Shown: in pieces, positions 10,886 through 21,296 of the stretch | How positions within the stretch are numbered: the first letter of the stretch is position 1 | Layout: each line of letters opens with the position of its first letter | DNA from: Mycobacterium leprae TN | GTDB taxonomy: Bacteria; Actinomycetota; Actinomycetes; Mycobacteriales; Mycobacteriaceae | Direction: 5' to 3' | Assembly: GCF_000195855.1 (NCBI RefSeq) | Contig: NC_002677.1 | Location: 1,890,001 to 1,922,000 of the forward strand | DNA: 32,000 nucleotides | Made by a program: the position numbers and the translations under genes | The notes under the pieces: generated by a model | Seen by the model: only the letters and a program-made list of their open reading frames with translations | Database searches by the model: none | What the model was told of the DNA's origin: nothing

Positions 10886-11743
10886 TCACTGCACGGTGAG
10901 TATCTCGACGCCGGTGTCGGTCACCAACAACGTGTGCTCAAACTGTGCTGTCCATTTGCGGTCCTTGGTAACCACTGTCCAGCCGTCGTCCCAGACTTCA
11001 TAATCTAGCGTTCCCAGGTTGATCATTGGCTCGATGGTGAATGTCATCCCCGGCTGCATGATTGTCGTGACAAAGGGCTGGTCGTAATGCAAAACAACCA
11101 GCCCATTGTGAAACGTGGTACCGATGCCATGACCAGTGAAGTGACGAACAACGTTGTACCCGAACCGGTTTGCATAGGACTCGATGACCCGACCAATGAT
11201 GGACAACGCACGCCCAGGTTTGACGGCGTTGATCGCTCGCATCGTCGCCTCACGCGTTCGCTCAACGAGTAGCCGATGGGATTCGGAGACATCGCCGGAC
11301 AGAAAAGTCGCATTAGTGTCGCCGTGCACGCCATCGATATAGGCAGTGACATCAATGTTGACGATGTCACCGTCAGCGATCACCGTCGAGTCTGGAATGC
11401 CGTGACAGATGACCTCGTTGAGCGACGTACAGCACGACTTCGGGTAGCCCTTGTAGCCGAGCGTTGACGGGTAGGCACCGTGGTTGACCATGTATTCATG
11501 GACAATCCGATCCAGCTCGTCGGTCGTCACTCCGGGTGCGACTGCCTTGCCGGCCTCAGTCAACGCACCAGCCGCTATCCGGCCGGCGACACGCATCTTC
11601 TCGACCACCTCCGGCGTCTGCACCCAAGACTCGCTGCCCTCCTGTGCGGTCGGCTTGCCGACGTATTCGGGGCGCGGAATCCATGCGGGCACCGGCAGGG
11701 TCGGGGACAAAAAGCCGGGCGAAAGCGCGGTGCGGGCAGGCAT
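10886..11743 (-). CDS. mapB: Methionine aminopeptidase type I (MapB, Rv2861c-like)
   Basis: Intact 285-aa ORF. Metal-ligand context '[19 protein letters not shown]', 'FTGHGIG', 'FTIEPM', '[10 protein letters not shown]', plus the type Ic N-terminal extension. Confidence 0.95.
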   Translation of the reverse strand: MPARTALSPGFLSPTLPVPAWIPRPEYVGKPTAQEGSESWVQTPEVVEKMRVAGRIAAGALTEAGKAVAPGVTTDELDRIVHEYMVNHGAYPSTLGYKGYPKSCCTSLNEVICHGIPDSTVIADGDIVNIDVTAYIDGVHGDTNATFLSGDVSESHRLLVERTREATMRAINAVKPGRALSIIGRVIESYANRFGYNVVRHFTGHGIGTTFHNGLVVLHYDQPFVTTIMQPGMTFTIEPMINLGTLDYEVWDDGWTVVTKDRKWTAQFEHTLLVTDTGVEILTVQ

Positions 11744-11934
11744 GCCGCAAGCTTAGTCACACGATTCTTTCAGCGACGATGCGCGCCACATCAACGGTGT
11801 GAGGTGAAGGCCACCTGCCAGTCCCGCAGTAGCTGGGAGCAAACCAGGCAAACAAACCTTGCGCCGTATGTCTGCGCACCGGTTTGGTGACGCAGGCTGG
11901 ATGCCGAGGCGCGCCGAAAGCGCCGCTAATCGCG

Positions 11935-13761
11935 CTAGGTCAGGTAGTCTGGCGGCAACGATTCGAACATGACTTTGGTCATCCGGACCGCGTATTCCGA
12001 GCTTCCGCCCCCCACGATCAGCGCTGCAAACGCCAGATCGCCGCGATATCCGACAAACCAGGAATGCGATCCGCCTACGAACTCAGCTTCACCGGTCTTC
12101 CCGAAGATCGCACCGCAACAGCCGGCGATCTCTTTAGCGGTCCCGTTAGTCACCACCAGCCGCATCATCGGTCGCAGCGAATCGATCACCTTCGGGAGGA
12201 TCGGCGTGCTGTCTCCTTCGACTCTCGTTGGCCGTCCGACGATCAGCTGCGGAACCGGGGTTTTGCCAGCAGCTACGGTGGCCGCCACCAAGGACATCCC
12301 GAACGGACTGACCAGCACCCGGCCTTGACCGAAGCCGTCCTCGGTGCGCTCAGCCAGGTCCACCGTTGGCGGCACCGACCCGGTTACCGTGGCGATGCCG
12401 TCCACCTGATAGTCAAGCCCGATCCCGTACTGGTTGGCGGCCTGTGTCAGACCGCGGGGTGGCATCCTGCTGCTTAATTCGGCGAACGTGGTGTTGCAGG
12501 AACTGGCGAATGCACGTGACATCGGCACCACGCCAAGATCAAAACCCCCGTAGTTGAGGATAGTGCGGTGCCCAATGTCAATGCGGCCAGGGCAACCTAA
12601 CATCGTATTGGGGGTAGACATATCCCGGTCGATGGCCGCGCCGGCGGTGACCATCTTGAAGGTCGACCCAGGTGGGAACAGACCGGTAGTAGCAAGCGGG
12701 CCGTCAGCGTTTGCCCCCGCATTCTGCGCGATCGCAAGGATCTGCCCAGTCGACGGTTTGAGTACGACTATCATCGCCTTACCGCCGCGGCTATCTACCG
12801 CGTGTTGAGCGGCATTCTGCACGAACCGGTCTAGCGTGATCGAGACCGACGATGCCGGGGACGGTTCGACCTCGTGCAGCACCGCGACGTCGACGCCATT
12901 ACGGTTGACACTGACCACTCGCCAACCCGGCTGACCGTCGAGTTCGTCGATCACGGCTTTCTTCACCTCGGCGATGACCGACGGGGCGAAATGCGAGTCG
13001 GTCGGCAGTAAGTCGGCTTGGAGCGTAACCACAACGCCAGGCAGCCTGCCGATCACCGAAGCGACCCGGTCGTTGTCATCAGGGCGCAGCGTGACCAAAC
13101 TCAGTGGCTCCGTCACCGAGCTGGCTTTTTCGGCTAGCAGCTGCGGATCGTTGAGGGTGTCATCAAAAGGGTGTAAGGCTTCGACCACCGCACGTGCCGT
13201 CCCAATCAGGCTGGACCCGGCCAAAGTGGCGTCCAGCGCGTAGTGGTGCAGGTAGCCCGGCACCAACACATCGCTGCCCCCGAGTTCGTTCACTGAAGCG
13301 CGCCGCGGCGGATTCGCGCGCAAAGCAAACGTCTGATGCTCGCCCAATCTGGGATGCAGCCCGGTTGCAGTCCACCGAACCTGCCAGCGCCCCTCGTAGC
13401 GCACCATCTTCAGCTGCCCATCATAGCTCCACGTCCGGTTCTTCGGCAGGTGCCAAGTGAAGCGGTAAGCAATGGTGCCAGTGTCCTCGACGTATCTCGC
13501 ACTGATGAGCTGTGCATCCAGGCGGCCAGCTTGTAGTCCAGCCCAGGCTGCGTTGAGCGCTTCATGGGCCTCGTTGGGATTGTCACTAAGTTGGGCAGCC
13601 GTCGCGGTATCGCCGATGGCCAGTGCGTCAAAGAACTTCGCAGCGGCCGGGCCCGGGCCGTTGGGCCGTGGGGTGCAGCCCGACACGGCGATAACTGCGA
13701 CAAAGCACAGACCCGCCACTACCGAAACGAATGACCCTGGTGAGGTTCTTGTGACCATCAT
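11935..13761 (-). CDS. Penicillin-binding lipoprotein (class B-like transpeptidase, Rv2864c-like)
   Basis: Intact 608-aa ORF. Lipobox 'IAVSGC' after a hydrophobic signal peptide. Transpeptidase motifs SxxK 'GSTFK', SxN 'SSCN' and KTG 'GKTGEAE'. Confidence 0.9.
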   Translation of the reverse strand: MMVTRTSPGSFVSVVAGLCFVAVIAVSGCTPRPNGPGPAAAKFFDALAIGDTATAAQLSDNPNEAHEALNAAWAGLQAGRLDAQLISARYVEDTGTIAYRFTWHLPKNRTWSYDGQLKMVRYEGRWQVRWTATGLHPRLGEHQTFALRANPPRRASVNELGGSDVLVPGYLHHYALDATLAGSSLIGTARAVVEALHPFDDTLNDPQLLAEKASSVTEPLSLVTLRPDDNDRVASVIGRLPGVVVTLQADLLPTDSHFAPSVIAEVKKAVIDELDGQPGWRVVSVNRNGVDVAVLHEVEPSPASSVSITLDRFVQNAAQHAVDSRGGKAMIVVLKPSTGQILAIAQNAGANADGPLATTGLFPPGSTFKMVTAGAAIDRDMSTPNTMLGCPGRIDIGHRTILNYGGFDLGVVPMSRAFASSCNTTFAELSSRMPPRGLTQAANQYGIGLDYQVDGIATVTGSVPPTVDLAERTEDGFGQGRVLVSPFGMSLVAATVAAGKTPVPQLIVGRPTRVEGDSTPILPKVIDSLRPMMRLVVTNGTAKEIAGCCGAIFGKTGEAEFVGGSHSWFVGYRGDLAFAALIVGGGSSEYAVRMTKVMFESLPPDYLT

Positions 13762-13919
13762 CGCTGATGTTAAGAACTGAAACCTGAACTACAGCATCGA
13801 CACACCGAAACCCACCAATTATCGGACGTAGAGTCGATATACGAGACATACGCGTATATTAACCAGCTCACAGTCGTTGTAACAGCCTACACTTGTGGTA
13901 ATTAGTTTATCTAAGTATT

Positions 13920-14182
13920 GTATGTATGTAAGCATTGTCGATTTCTAAGGTCAAAGACAAGTTGAATAGGGACCGCAGGAGCAGAGCACCATCATAAGGA
14001 ACGGTGCGTCGGCAGCCGTTATTGTCGGAGCCGACGAGTAGAAATCGTTACATGAGACGCTTTACTCGCTGTCGCAACCCGGAACCAAAGAGTGGATTAT
14101 CGAAGCCGACATTGCGGCCGACCGCACCTACGACGAAAGCGAAATCCGTACGGAATTCGGCGTCCCGCGACGCCCTCGCTAA
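13920..14182 (+). pseudogene. relF: Phd/YefM-type antitoxin (RelF/RelB2, Rv2865-like) pseudogene
   Basis: 'LSISKVKDKLN', then in another frame 'NGASAAVIVGADE*KSLHETLYSLSQPGTKEWIIEADIAADRTYDESEIRTEFGVPRRPR*'. An in-frame TAG and an upstream frameshift. The stop is at 14180-14182. Confidence 0.75.
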
Positions 14183-14185
14183 ACA

Positions 14186-14451
14186 GAGCCCTACACCGTC
14201 TAGTTTACCCCAACCGCGCGTCGAGATCTCCGCAAGCTGCCGCCACGAGTCCTGTCTGCAGTAGTCGAATTCACCTTGGGTTATCTATCTCATGAACTCC
14301 GTCGGGTCGGCAAGCCCCTGCGGCGCGAATTAGTCGGCACGTTCAGCGCACGCCGCCGAACCCTACCGCATGGTTGTACCACATCGACGACGGAAGGACG
14401 ACGGCAACGACCGTGTGCGTCGATCACCGCGCAGATACATACCGGCGGTGA
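14186..14451 (+). pseudogene. relG: RelE/YoeB-type toxin (RelG/RelE2, Rv2866-like) pseudogene
   Basis: 'EPYTV*FTPTARRDLRKLPPRVLSAVVEFTLGYLSHELRRVGKPLRRELVGTFSARR', then after a frameshift 'YHIDDGRTTATTVCVDHRADTYRR*'. The start codon is lost (GAG), with an in-frame TAG at about codon 6. Confidence 0.8.
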
Positions 14452-14454
14452 GTT

Positions 14455-14800
14455 CGGACTAGCCCCGGTGGATCACCAGCTAGGGAATATTCGGATGCCA
14501 GCAGTCCTATCATCACACCGTCCCGCGACTGCCACCGGGAGGCGTTTCACCACTAGTTCATCACGCCTACTCGCCGAAATCCCACAGATTCGTAACACTG
14601 AATAGCCCCGGCATTGTCCAAAGGCTAGGTCAATCGTGATGCGACGGTCGGTCTGTTTCGATGAACAGCCAGTTGATCAGCGTCTACAGGGCGTCGCTAC
14701 CATACCCGCGGCGGTAGTGGTCGAGGTGCATAAATATGTCTAATACCCGCTAACCAAACCAACCAGTTCAACATGCATGGACACAAGACCATACAACCAT
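14455..14800 (-). pseudogene. GNAT (RimJ/RimL-like) N-acetyltransferase remnant
   Basis: 'HYRRGYGSDAL*TLINWLFIETDRPSH' and 'RITIDLA..' followed, in other frames, by 'NAGAIQCYESVGFRRVGVM' and 'DGVMIGLLASEY'. This is the typical GNAT motif A/B order, broken by stops. Confidence 0.5.
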
Positions 14801-14837
14801 GCGACGATGCTTCCCGACCAGGACCGGCGAGTCATGG

Positions 14838-15700
14838 CTAAGTGGTCCGATCCGCAACTTCGTCTAACGTCCAACCTACGTTACCTACCGGGCCGTTCTC
14901 AGAATTTTTAAGCTCTGCCGTCGATCTCAGGAGCAACGGTCTAGCCCCAGCAGCACCGTCACTACGGTGCTGACCTCGATGAAACCACTGGGGCCGTACG
15001 CAACACAGTGTTGAAATTTTTCTCCCATATACAAACTGGCGAAGCGTCCGCAGCCCACGATCACAGCAGCCAACGTTGCGGTGCCGCTGAAGCCCCAAGT
15101 CCAGCCCAGACACCACTCCGGATGCATCCAGACACCTCTTGAATCTGCCCAACCGCCGGAGACTGCGATCCCACACCAGCTTTGAAAACGACCTGCCCTT
15201 ACTCGAAACGGTCCCACGCACGTCCGGCCGCAATGAGACTGGCCACCCGGCGACGATAACCGCGACCACCGTCGCCCAGCCGAGGGTCCACGCCCATTTC
15301 GCCGACGAACATGTCGATGGCGACACTAGGTAGGCATCCGGCGCTCCTCTGGCCGAACTTGACGCACTGCGGGATTGATCTCGAAGTTCGGGTGCACTTG
15401 AGGGCCGTCAGTGGTTGGTACTCGCGTACATCACGCTCCGGACCCCAGGCCAACTCGAGTCGACGCCACATCGGCATCACCAATTCGGTTCTTACTGACC
15501 AGAGACGAACAACGCCTCGACGGGTCCACAGTTTTTTCCCACCAATCGACTGGGGATCGATGCCGTGGTCTGACAATCTGGGCCACGACCATGCTGATCC
15601 GACCGGGTCGTCTTCGAATACCTTCCATACCGCGGTGGCTTAGCACACTACCGACACCCGTGGCTCACCGACAAAACGAAAGAAATATTGGATGTAGCCG
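14838..15700 (-). pseudogene. Decayed conserved hypothetical, possibly a GNAT-like Rv2867c homologue
   Basis: Overlapping minus-strand ORF fragments in three frames (14838..15326, 14927..15217, 15199..15576), including 'VAIDMFVGEMGVDPRLGDGGRGYRRRVASLIAAG'. The position matches Rv2867c next to ispG. Family assignment is weak. Confidence 0.35.
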
Positions 15701-15760
15701 ATATCTGGCGAACTCTCTATAAGGCTAACTCGAAGCCAAGTCAAGCAGGCTAGCCCCACC

Positions 15761-16933
15761 TCAGTTTACGGTCACAACCGGTGAACCGCTCCTTGTCGTT
15801 TCTGAACAGTGATCACTGCCTTTCTCGGTCCCCATCTCGGAGACAAGCCGCATGGCCTCCTCGATCAGCGTCTCGACAATCTGGGCTTCGGGTACGGTCT
15901 TGATCACTTCACCCTTGACAAAGATCTGGCCCTTGCCGTTTCCGGACGCGACACCCAGGTCGGCGTCGCGGGCCTCACCAGGCCCGTTGACGACGCACCC
16001 CATCACGGCGATCCGCAACGGCACCTCGAGTCCGTCCAACCCAGCGCTGACTTCATTGGCCAGCTTGTAGACGTCGACCTGCGCACGGCCGCACGACGGG
16101 CAGGACACAATCTCGTGTGAACGTGGCCGAAGGTTGAGCGACTCGAGAATTTGGTTGCCAACCTTGATCTCTTCGACCGGCGGCGCCGATAGCGAAACCC
16201 GGATGGTGTCGCCGATGCCCTTCGACAAAAGTGCTCCGAAGGCGACCGCGGACTTGACGGTGCCCTGGAAAACAGGACCGGCCTCGGTGACACCGAGGTG
16301 CAAGGGGTAGTCGCACTGGGCGGCCAGTTGCTCGTAGGCGGCGACCATCACGACGGGGTCATGGTGCTTGACGCTGATCTTGATGTTGCCGAAGCCGTGC
16401 TCTTCGAACAGTGATGCCTCCCACAGCGCAGACTCCACCAGTGCTTCGGACGTGGCCTTGCCGTACTTGTCCATGAACCGTTTATCCAGCGAGCCGGCGT
16501 TGACGCCGATGCGGATCGGGATACCGGCCGCGGCCGCGGCTTTGGCAACCTCACCGACCCGGCCGTCGAATTCCTTGATGTTGCCGGGGTTGACCCGCAC
16601 CGCGGCACACCCGGCGTCAATGGCGGCAAAGATGTATTTCGGCTGGAAATGTATGTCGACAATCACCGGAATCTTGCTGTGCCGGGCGATTTCGGCAAGT
16701 GCGTCAGCATCCTCTTGACGCGGGCAGGCCACCCGAACGATGTCACAGCCGGCAGTGGTCAACTCCGCAATCTGCTGCAACGTCGCATTGACGTCATGAG
16801 TCTTGGTGATGCACATCGACTGCACGGAGATCTGGTGATCACTACCGACCCCAACGTTGCCGACCATCAATTGACGCGTGATACGCCGGGGGGCAAGCCC
16901 GGGAGCCGGAGCCTCGGGCATGCCCAGACGCAT
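15761..16933 (-). CDS. ispG: 4-hydroxy-3-methylbut-2-en-1-yl diphosphate synthase (IspG/GcpE)
   Basis: Intact ORF. '[20 protein letters not shown]', the [4Fe-4S] cysteines in 'VSCPSCGR' and '[11 protein letters not shown]'. The longest ORF begins at 16963, but the ATG at 16933 ('[17 protein letters not shown]') matches the mycobacterial N-terminus. Confidence 0.95.
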   Translation of the reverse strand: MRLGMPEAPAPGLAPRRITRQLMVGNVGVGSDHQISVQSMCITKTHDVNATLQQIAELTTAGCDIVRVACPRQEDADALAEIARHSKIPVIVDIHFQPKYIFAAIDAGCAAVRVNPGNIKEFDGRVGEVAKAAAAAGIPIRIGVNAGSLDKRFMDKYGKATSEALVESALWEASLFEEHGFGNIKISVKHHDPVVMVAAYEQLAAQCDYPLHLGVTEAGPVFQGTVKSAVAFGALLSKGIGDTIRVSLSAPPVEEIKVGNQILESLNLRPRSHEIVSCPSCGRAQVDVYKLANEVSAGLDGLEVPLRIAVMGCVVNGPGEARDADLGVASGNGKGQIFVKGEVIKTVPEAQIVETLIEEAMRLVSEMGTEKGSDHCSETTRSGSPVVTVN

Positions 16934-16948
16934 GTTCACTGTTCCCCA

Positions 16949-16992
16949 TTTCTCGGTTTTCACTATTGGCTTTCTCGTTTTTCACTATTGGC
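16949..16992. repeat. 22-bp tandem duplication (2 copies, 1 mismatch) filling most of the rip1-ispG spacer
   Basis: 16949-16970 'tttctcggttttcactattggc' and 16971-16992 'tttctcgtttttcactattggc'. The last base belongs to the rip1 stop codon (16992-16994). Confidence 0.95.
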
Positions 16993-18206
16993 TATTGAAA
17001 AAGCCTGATTGGGTTTACCAGATCGGCGGTCACGGTCAACAGCACATACCCGACTACAAAGACCAAGACCACATAGGTCGCGGGCATGAGCTTGAGATAG
17101 TTCACCGGCGCGGCCACGACCACGCCACGTGCGGACCGGATGAGGTTACGGATCCTCTCGAATACGGCAATGGCGATGTGGCCGCCATCGAAAGGCAGCA
17201 ACGGCACCAGGTTGATGGCACCCAGAATAAGGTTCAGCTGCGCCAAGAAAAACCAGAACGCCACCCACAGCCCATGATCGACGGTGTCGCCGCCGATGAT
17301 GCTGGCGCCGACCACACTCATCGGCGTCTGCGGGTCACGCTGTCCACCACCGATAGCGTGCACCAAGGCACCCAGCTTGGTCGGTATGGTGACCAGAGCC
17401 TTGCCCACCTCGACGGTCAAATCCCCGGCGAAAGCGGCGGTGGCGGGCAAAGCGGAGAATACGCCGTAATGCGTGGGCAGCAGATGGTGTGCGCCGACTC
17501 CAATGGCACCGACCGTGGCTGGTTCGAGTTGACTACCCTTTCCTTTGGACATATAGCGCTGGGTAGGCGTGATGTCGACGTAGCTAGTAATCGCAGTGCC
17601 GTCCCGTTCGAAGACAATCGGCACCGTACCATGCAACTTACGCACCACAGCGGCCATGTCATCGAAGGTCGACACCGTAGTATCACCGATCTTGACGACG
17701 ACGTCGCCAGCACGGAGTCCGGCCAGCGCCGCCGGACCTGGGCCAGTGCAGTTTCCGAGCTTGCCCTGGTCCAGTTCCGATGCTACACAAGCAGTTTCAC
17801 CGATTACAGCCCTGGTAGGCATGTGCAGGTTGGGTAGCCCCCAGACCAGCGCGATGCCATAGATCAGCACCAGGCAGATCACAAAGTTCATAGCAGGTCC
17901 GGCGAACAGTACCGCCACCCGCTTCCAGGTCGCTTGTTTGTACATTGCTCGGTCAGATTCGTCAGGCTCCAGCTTCTCAACCGAGGTCATACCGACGATA
18001 TCACAAAAACCGCCTAGCGGAACGGCCTTGATACCATATTGGGTTTCACCGCGCCGGGTCGACCAGAGGGTGGGGCCGAAACCAACAAAATAACGACGCA
18101 CCTTCATGCCAGTGGCGCACGCCACCCACAAGTGGCCACATTCGTGCAGGGCCACCGAAATAAGAATGGCGATAGCGAACAGCACAATGCCGAGAGCGAA
18201 CATCAT
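16992..18206 (-). CDS. rip1: Site-2 zinc metalloprotease Rip1 (RseP family, Rv2869c-like)
   Basis: Intact 404-aa ORF. 'HECGH' (HExxH) in the first TM segment, a central PDZ-like segment ('[14 protein letters not shown]'), and the C-terminal '[12 protein letters not shown]' (NxxPxxxLDG) motif. Confidence 0.93.
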
Positions 18207-18214
18207 CGAGCCTT

Positions 18215-19435
18215 TTAGGACCTTTCTAAGACCATGTCAGAGACCTTTCCAGAACTCGCTGTTGCTACCGCACACAACGCTCGCTCACGGGCCCAGCGCT
18301 GCGCGTCGAGTACATCATCCACAGTAGCGGGTCCCTCACCCCATTGGGGAGCCCATTGGTCGGCACGCTGCAACACATCCGCGATTGTTGCGACGATGGC
18401 GGGGAAGCCGATCCGACCTTGGAGGAAGGCCTCTGCAGCCTCCTCATTAGCAGCATCGTAAATGGCGGTCATACAGCCGCCGATCTGTCCAGCGTGCCGG
18501 GCCAGCTCGACTGCGGGAAAAACATCGATGTCCAGCGGCTCGAATTCCCAGGTAGATGCGGTAGTGAAAGCACAGGCTCGAGCAGCGCCACCCACCCGCT
18601 GTGGCCAGCCCAACGCCAAAGAAATAGGTAGCTTCATGTCCGGAGGGCTGGCTTGGGCGATCGTCGAGCCGTCGATGAATGTCACCATCGAATGAACAAT
18701 TGACTGAGGGTGCACAACCACCTCAATGCGGTCGTAGGGAATGCCGAACAACAGGTTGGCTTCGATGAGCTCGAGCCCCTTGTTAACCAGAGACGCTGAG
18801 TTCAGCGTGTTCATCGTCCCCATTGACCAAGTCGGATGGACGCCCGCCTGCTCGGGTGTAACGCGCTCCAAGTCGCCGGCGTTCCAGCCACGAAACGGCC
18901 CGCCGGAGGCGGTTAGCACTAACTTAGCAACTTCGTCGGGGGTACCACCGCGCAGGCATTGCGCCAGCGCGGAGTGTTCCGAGTCTACGGGCACGATCTG
19001 GCCTGGCTGCGCCGCGGCCAACACCAGCGAACCGCCAGCTACCAGCGATTCCTTGTTGGCCAACGCCAATCGCGCGCCCGTGTGCAGTGCAGCCAGTGTG
19101 GGTCGCAGACCCAATGCCCCGACCAGCGCATTGAGGACAACGTCAGCCTCAGTCTCCTCAACCAGCCGGGTGACCGCATCGGTCCCGTGGTAAGGGATGT
19201 CGCCGGCCAGCTGAGCCGCGCGATCGTCAGCGATGGCGATATTGGTGACGCCGGTCGCGGCGCGCTGCCTCAGCAGCGTGTCCAGCTGCGCGCCCCCGGC
19301 GGCCAGCCCGACTACCTCGAAACGGTCCGGATTGGCGGCGATAACTTCCAGCGCCTGGGTGCCAATTGAGCCAGTACTTCCCAACACCAGCACGCGGAGG
19401 CGGCCGCCAGCGTGCCCCTCGATCGGATTGTTCAC
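18215..19435 (-). CDS. dxr: 1-deoxy-D-xylulose 5-phosphate reductoisomerase (Dxr/IspC)
   Basis: Intact 406-aa ORF. NADPH motif '[13 protein letters not shown]', 'LANKESLV', 'PVDSEHSA', 'HPTWSMG', 'NKGLELIEA'. Its stop lies 8 nt before the rip1 start. Confidence 0.95.
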
Positions 19436-19589
19436 CCCAAGATTGTGCCCGTCCGCTGACTCGACAGGCTAGAAAGCGGACCACGATCGGTACTAAAACA
19501 TATAAATTTTAAGCGGTACCCTAAGCCAGTAGGCCAGAATACTCAGGAGAGTTTTCACCAACACCCAATCAGATTCGGGAGGAATCGCT

Positions 19590-19844
19590 GTGGCCAGCAC
19601 TGAGGGGGAGCACAATGCCGGCGTCGACCCTGCTGAAGTGCCGTCCGTGGCGTGGGGGTGGAGCAGAATCAACCACCACACCTGGCACATCGTCGGTTTG
19701 TTCGCCATTGGGTTGCTGCTGGCGATGCTGCGCGGCAACCACATTGGCCATGTCGAGAACTGGTATCTCATCGGGTTTGCCGCCCTGGTGTTCTTCGTTT
19801 TGATCCGTGACCTGCTAGGTCGCCGACGCGGTTGGATTAGATAG
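19590..19844 (+). CDS. Small two-TM membrane protein (Rv2876/DUF2631-like), apparently intact
   Basis: 84-aa ORF from a GTG at 19590, with Shine-Dalgarno 'gggagga' at 19577-19583. Two hydrophobic helices ('WHIVGLFAIGLLLAML', 'WYLIGFAALVFFVLI'). The position is syntenic with Rv2876. Confidence 0.7.
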   Translation: MASTEGEHNAGVDPAEVPSVAWGWSRINHHTWHIVGLFAIGLLLAMLRGNHIGHVENWYLIGFAALVFFVLIRDLLGRRRGWIR

Positions 19845-19869
19845 CTGGGGCCGATTGCCCGACTACCCG

Positions 19870-20677
19870 ACTACAGTGTCATGCGCCGAGCTTCCCCGAT
19901 GAAAGCTGACATCCTCGAAATCGCTGCGCACTTCTAAAACGAACGTTTCGTCGCCTGGCTGAGGGCCATCCGACGGCTGCAATTTATTGGTAACGATGCC
20001 CGATACGGTGGACAATGTCCAGCCTGAGCGGGCAGTACCTTCGGCACCCCCTCCACTACTGGTATACGGTGGGAGGAGGCCACAAACGGCCGCCGCGATG
20101 GCCCACCCCGATTCAGACGCAGTCCGCGACTTTGAACAGTGACACGCAGCCTTTAGACGACCAGCTATCCACTGGCGACCGTGGACTTCAGCTCATCGTC
20201 GAGGCCCCTGATCGTCACCTTGCCCGACATGGTTGCCACTACCGCGCTTGCCTTGCACGGTACGCACGGTAAACGGCCCCAGATGCGTTGACGGCCTTAG
20301 TTTTTTCCCGTGACCACCTCGACTTCGACGTAGCCACAGGCTGCCACGAATCTAGAGTCGGCGAAATTCACCTTCAGCACACATATCGTCAGATGCCACC
20401 GATGCATGCACCCGTGACGGCAGTGCGATTTCAAGGTCGATGACCCCGCCCCGAAAGAGTGGCAAGCTACGTTTGACGTTCAGCCACCAAAACAAACAGC
20501 TTGCCGTCGCGCACATACCCGGGTGTGTTCTGTCGCCTATACGTCGAAATTACGTGATTGGTCACGAGGGCGCACCTCGACGATCGTATCGGCATGCTCA
20601 GTCGCAAATATCCGGATCGACCCACCGTCGTCTTCGATGCGCACGGTGATCGGTTTAGAGGTTTCAAACGTCAGCAT
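19870..20677 (-). pseudogene. DUF4097-type beta-repeat (putative adhesin-like) protein pseudogene
   Basis: N-terminus 'MLTFETSKPITVRIEDDGGSIRIFATEHADTIVEVRPRDQS' is typical of DUF4097 proteins. The downstream part is broken over several frames. The 3' end is approximate. Confidence 0.5.
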
Positions 20678-20699
20678 ATTGTCGTCTCCGTCAGGGGTC

Positions 20700-21050
20700 C
20701 TGCTAGCAGCTCTCGTTGGATGTGTCGAGATGGCGTCAACGCACCCAGCCACTGACGTGATGTCTGGTTATGGCCGAGCAACCGGCGTCGGACCGACTCG
20801 ATCCCTAGACTAGCTGTGGCGGCAGCGCGGACCAGCCAGGTATTCAGCGATGCTCCCTCACGACGAACGGCCGCCTCGACGGGGTAGCCCGCAGCCTCTC
20901 CGGCAGCCGAAAAATAACTCGCCAGGTAGCCGCCGTCATATTTGGCGACCAACACCCTGTCCATGCTGCCCACGCTGTCAGCGGGCACCTCGTCGAGCGG
21001 AGCGCTGACGATGAAATCCAAATCGCAGCCACACAGCCGAACGTCAACGG
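20700..21050 (-). pseudogene. HicB-like/Arc-type ribbon-helix-helix protein pseudogene
   Basis: 'RVIFRLPERLRA' in one frame and 'VEAAVRREGASLNTWLVRAAATA' in another. Compare the family pattern 'xRLPxxLHxxLxxAAxREGVSLNxWLV'. A frameshift separates the two halves. Confidence 0.5.
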
Positions 21051-21296
21051 ATCGTGTTGCCAGCTAGCCGGCGATTTCTTCGGTGGCTAACCGATAGCCC
21101 TTACTAACAAGGCCAGACCGGATAGCTGATTCCAGTGGAGAACTCAGCCGCTCGGCCAAACCCTGCACATCGATGACACCAGCTAGCCGGGACTACGTTC
21201 AACTCGTGCCGGACGGGTCAACATAGAGCTGGAAATTCCAGTTATCTATTTATCTATAGTGTCATTACATTTAGATTTAGACGCCACACACAAGTG

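Noticed and set aside
11884-13780. Many plus-strand ORFs (for example 11884..12477, 11969..12328, 13472..13780) overlapping the PBP gene
   Set aside because: All are antisense to an intact PBP gene with complete SxxK/SxN/KTG motifs. They are GC-driven open frames only.
13860-13990. AT-rich patch upstream of the PBP gene as a horizontally acquired islet or an RNA gene
   Set aside because: Part of it translates to the decayed 5' end of the relF antitoxin ('LSISKVKDKLN'). The rest is the PBP/relF divergent promoter region. It contains only a 7-bp hairpin and a short (TATG)2 repeat, with no tRNA-like or riboswitch-like structure that I could see.
16878-17837. 319-aa plus-strand ORF antisense to rip1
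   Set aside because: It lies entirely inside the well-supported rip1 CDS on the opposite strand. Its R/H/G/Q-rich, low-complexity composition is typical of antisense frames in GC-rich DNA, and it has no recognisable motif or start context.
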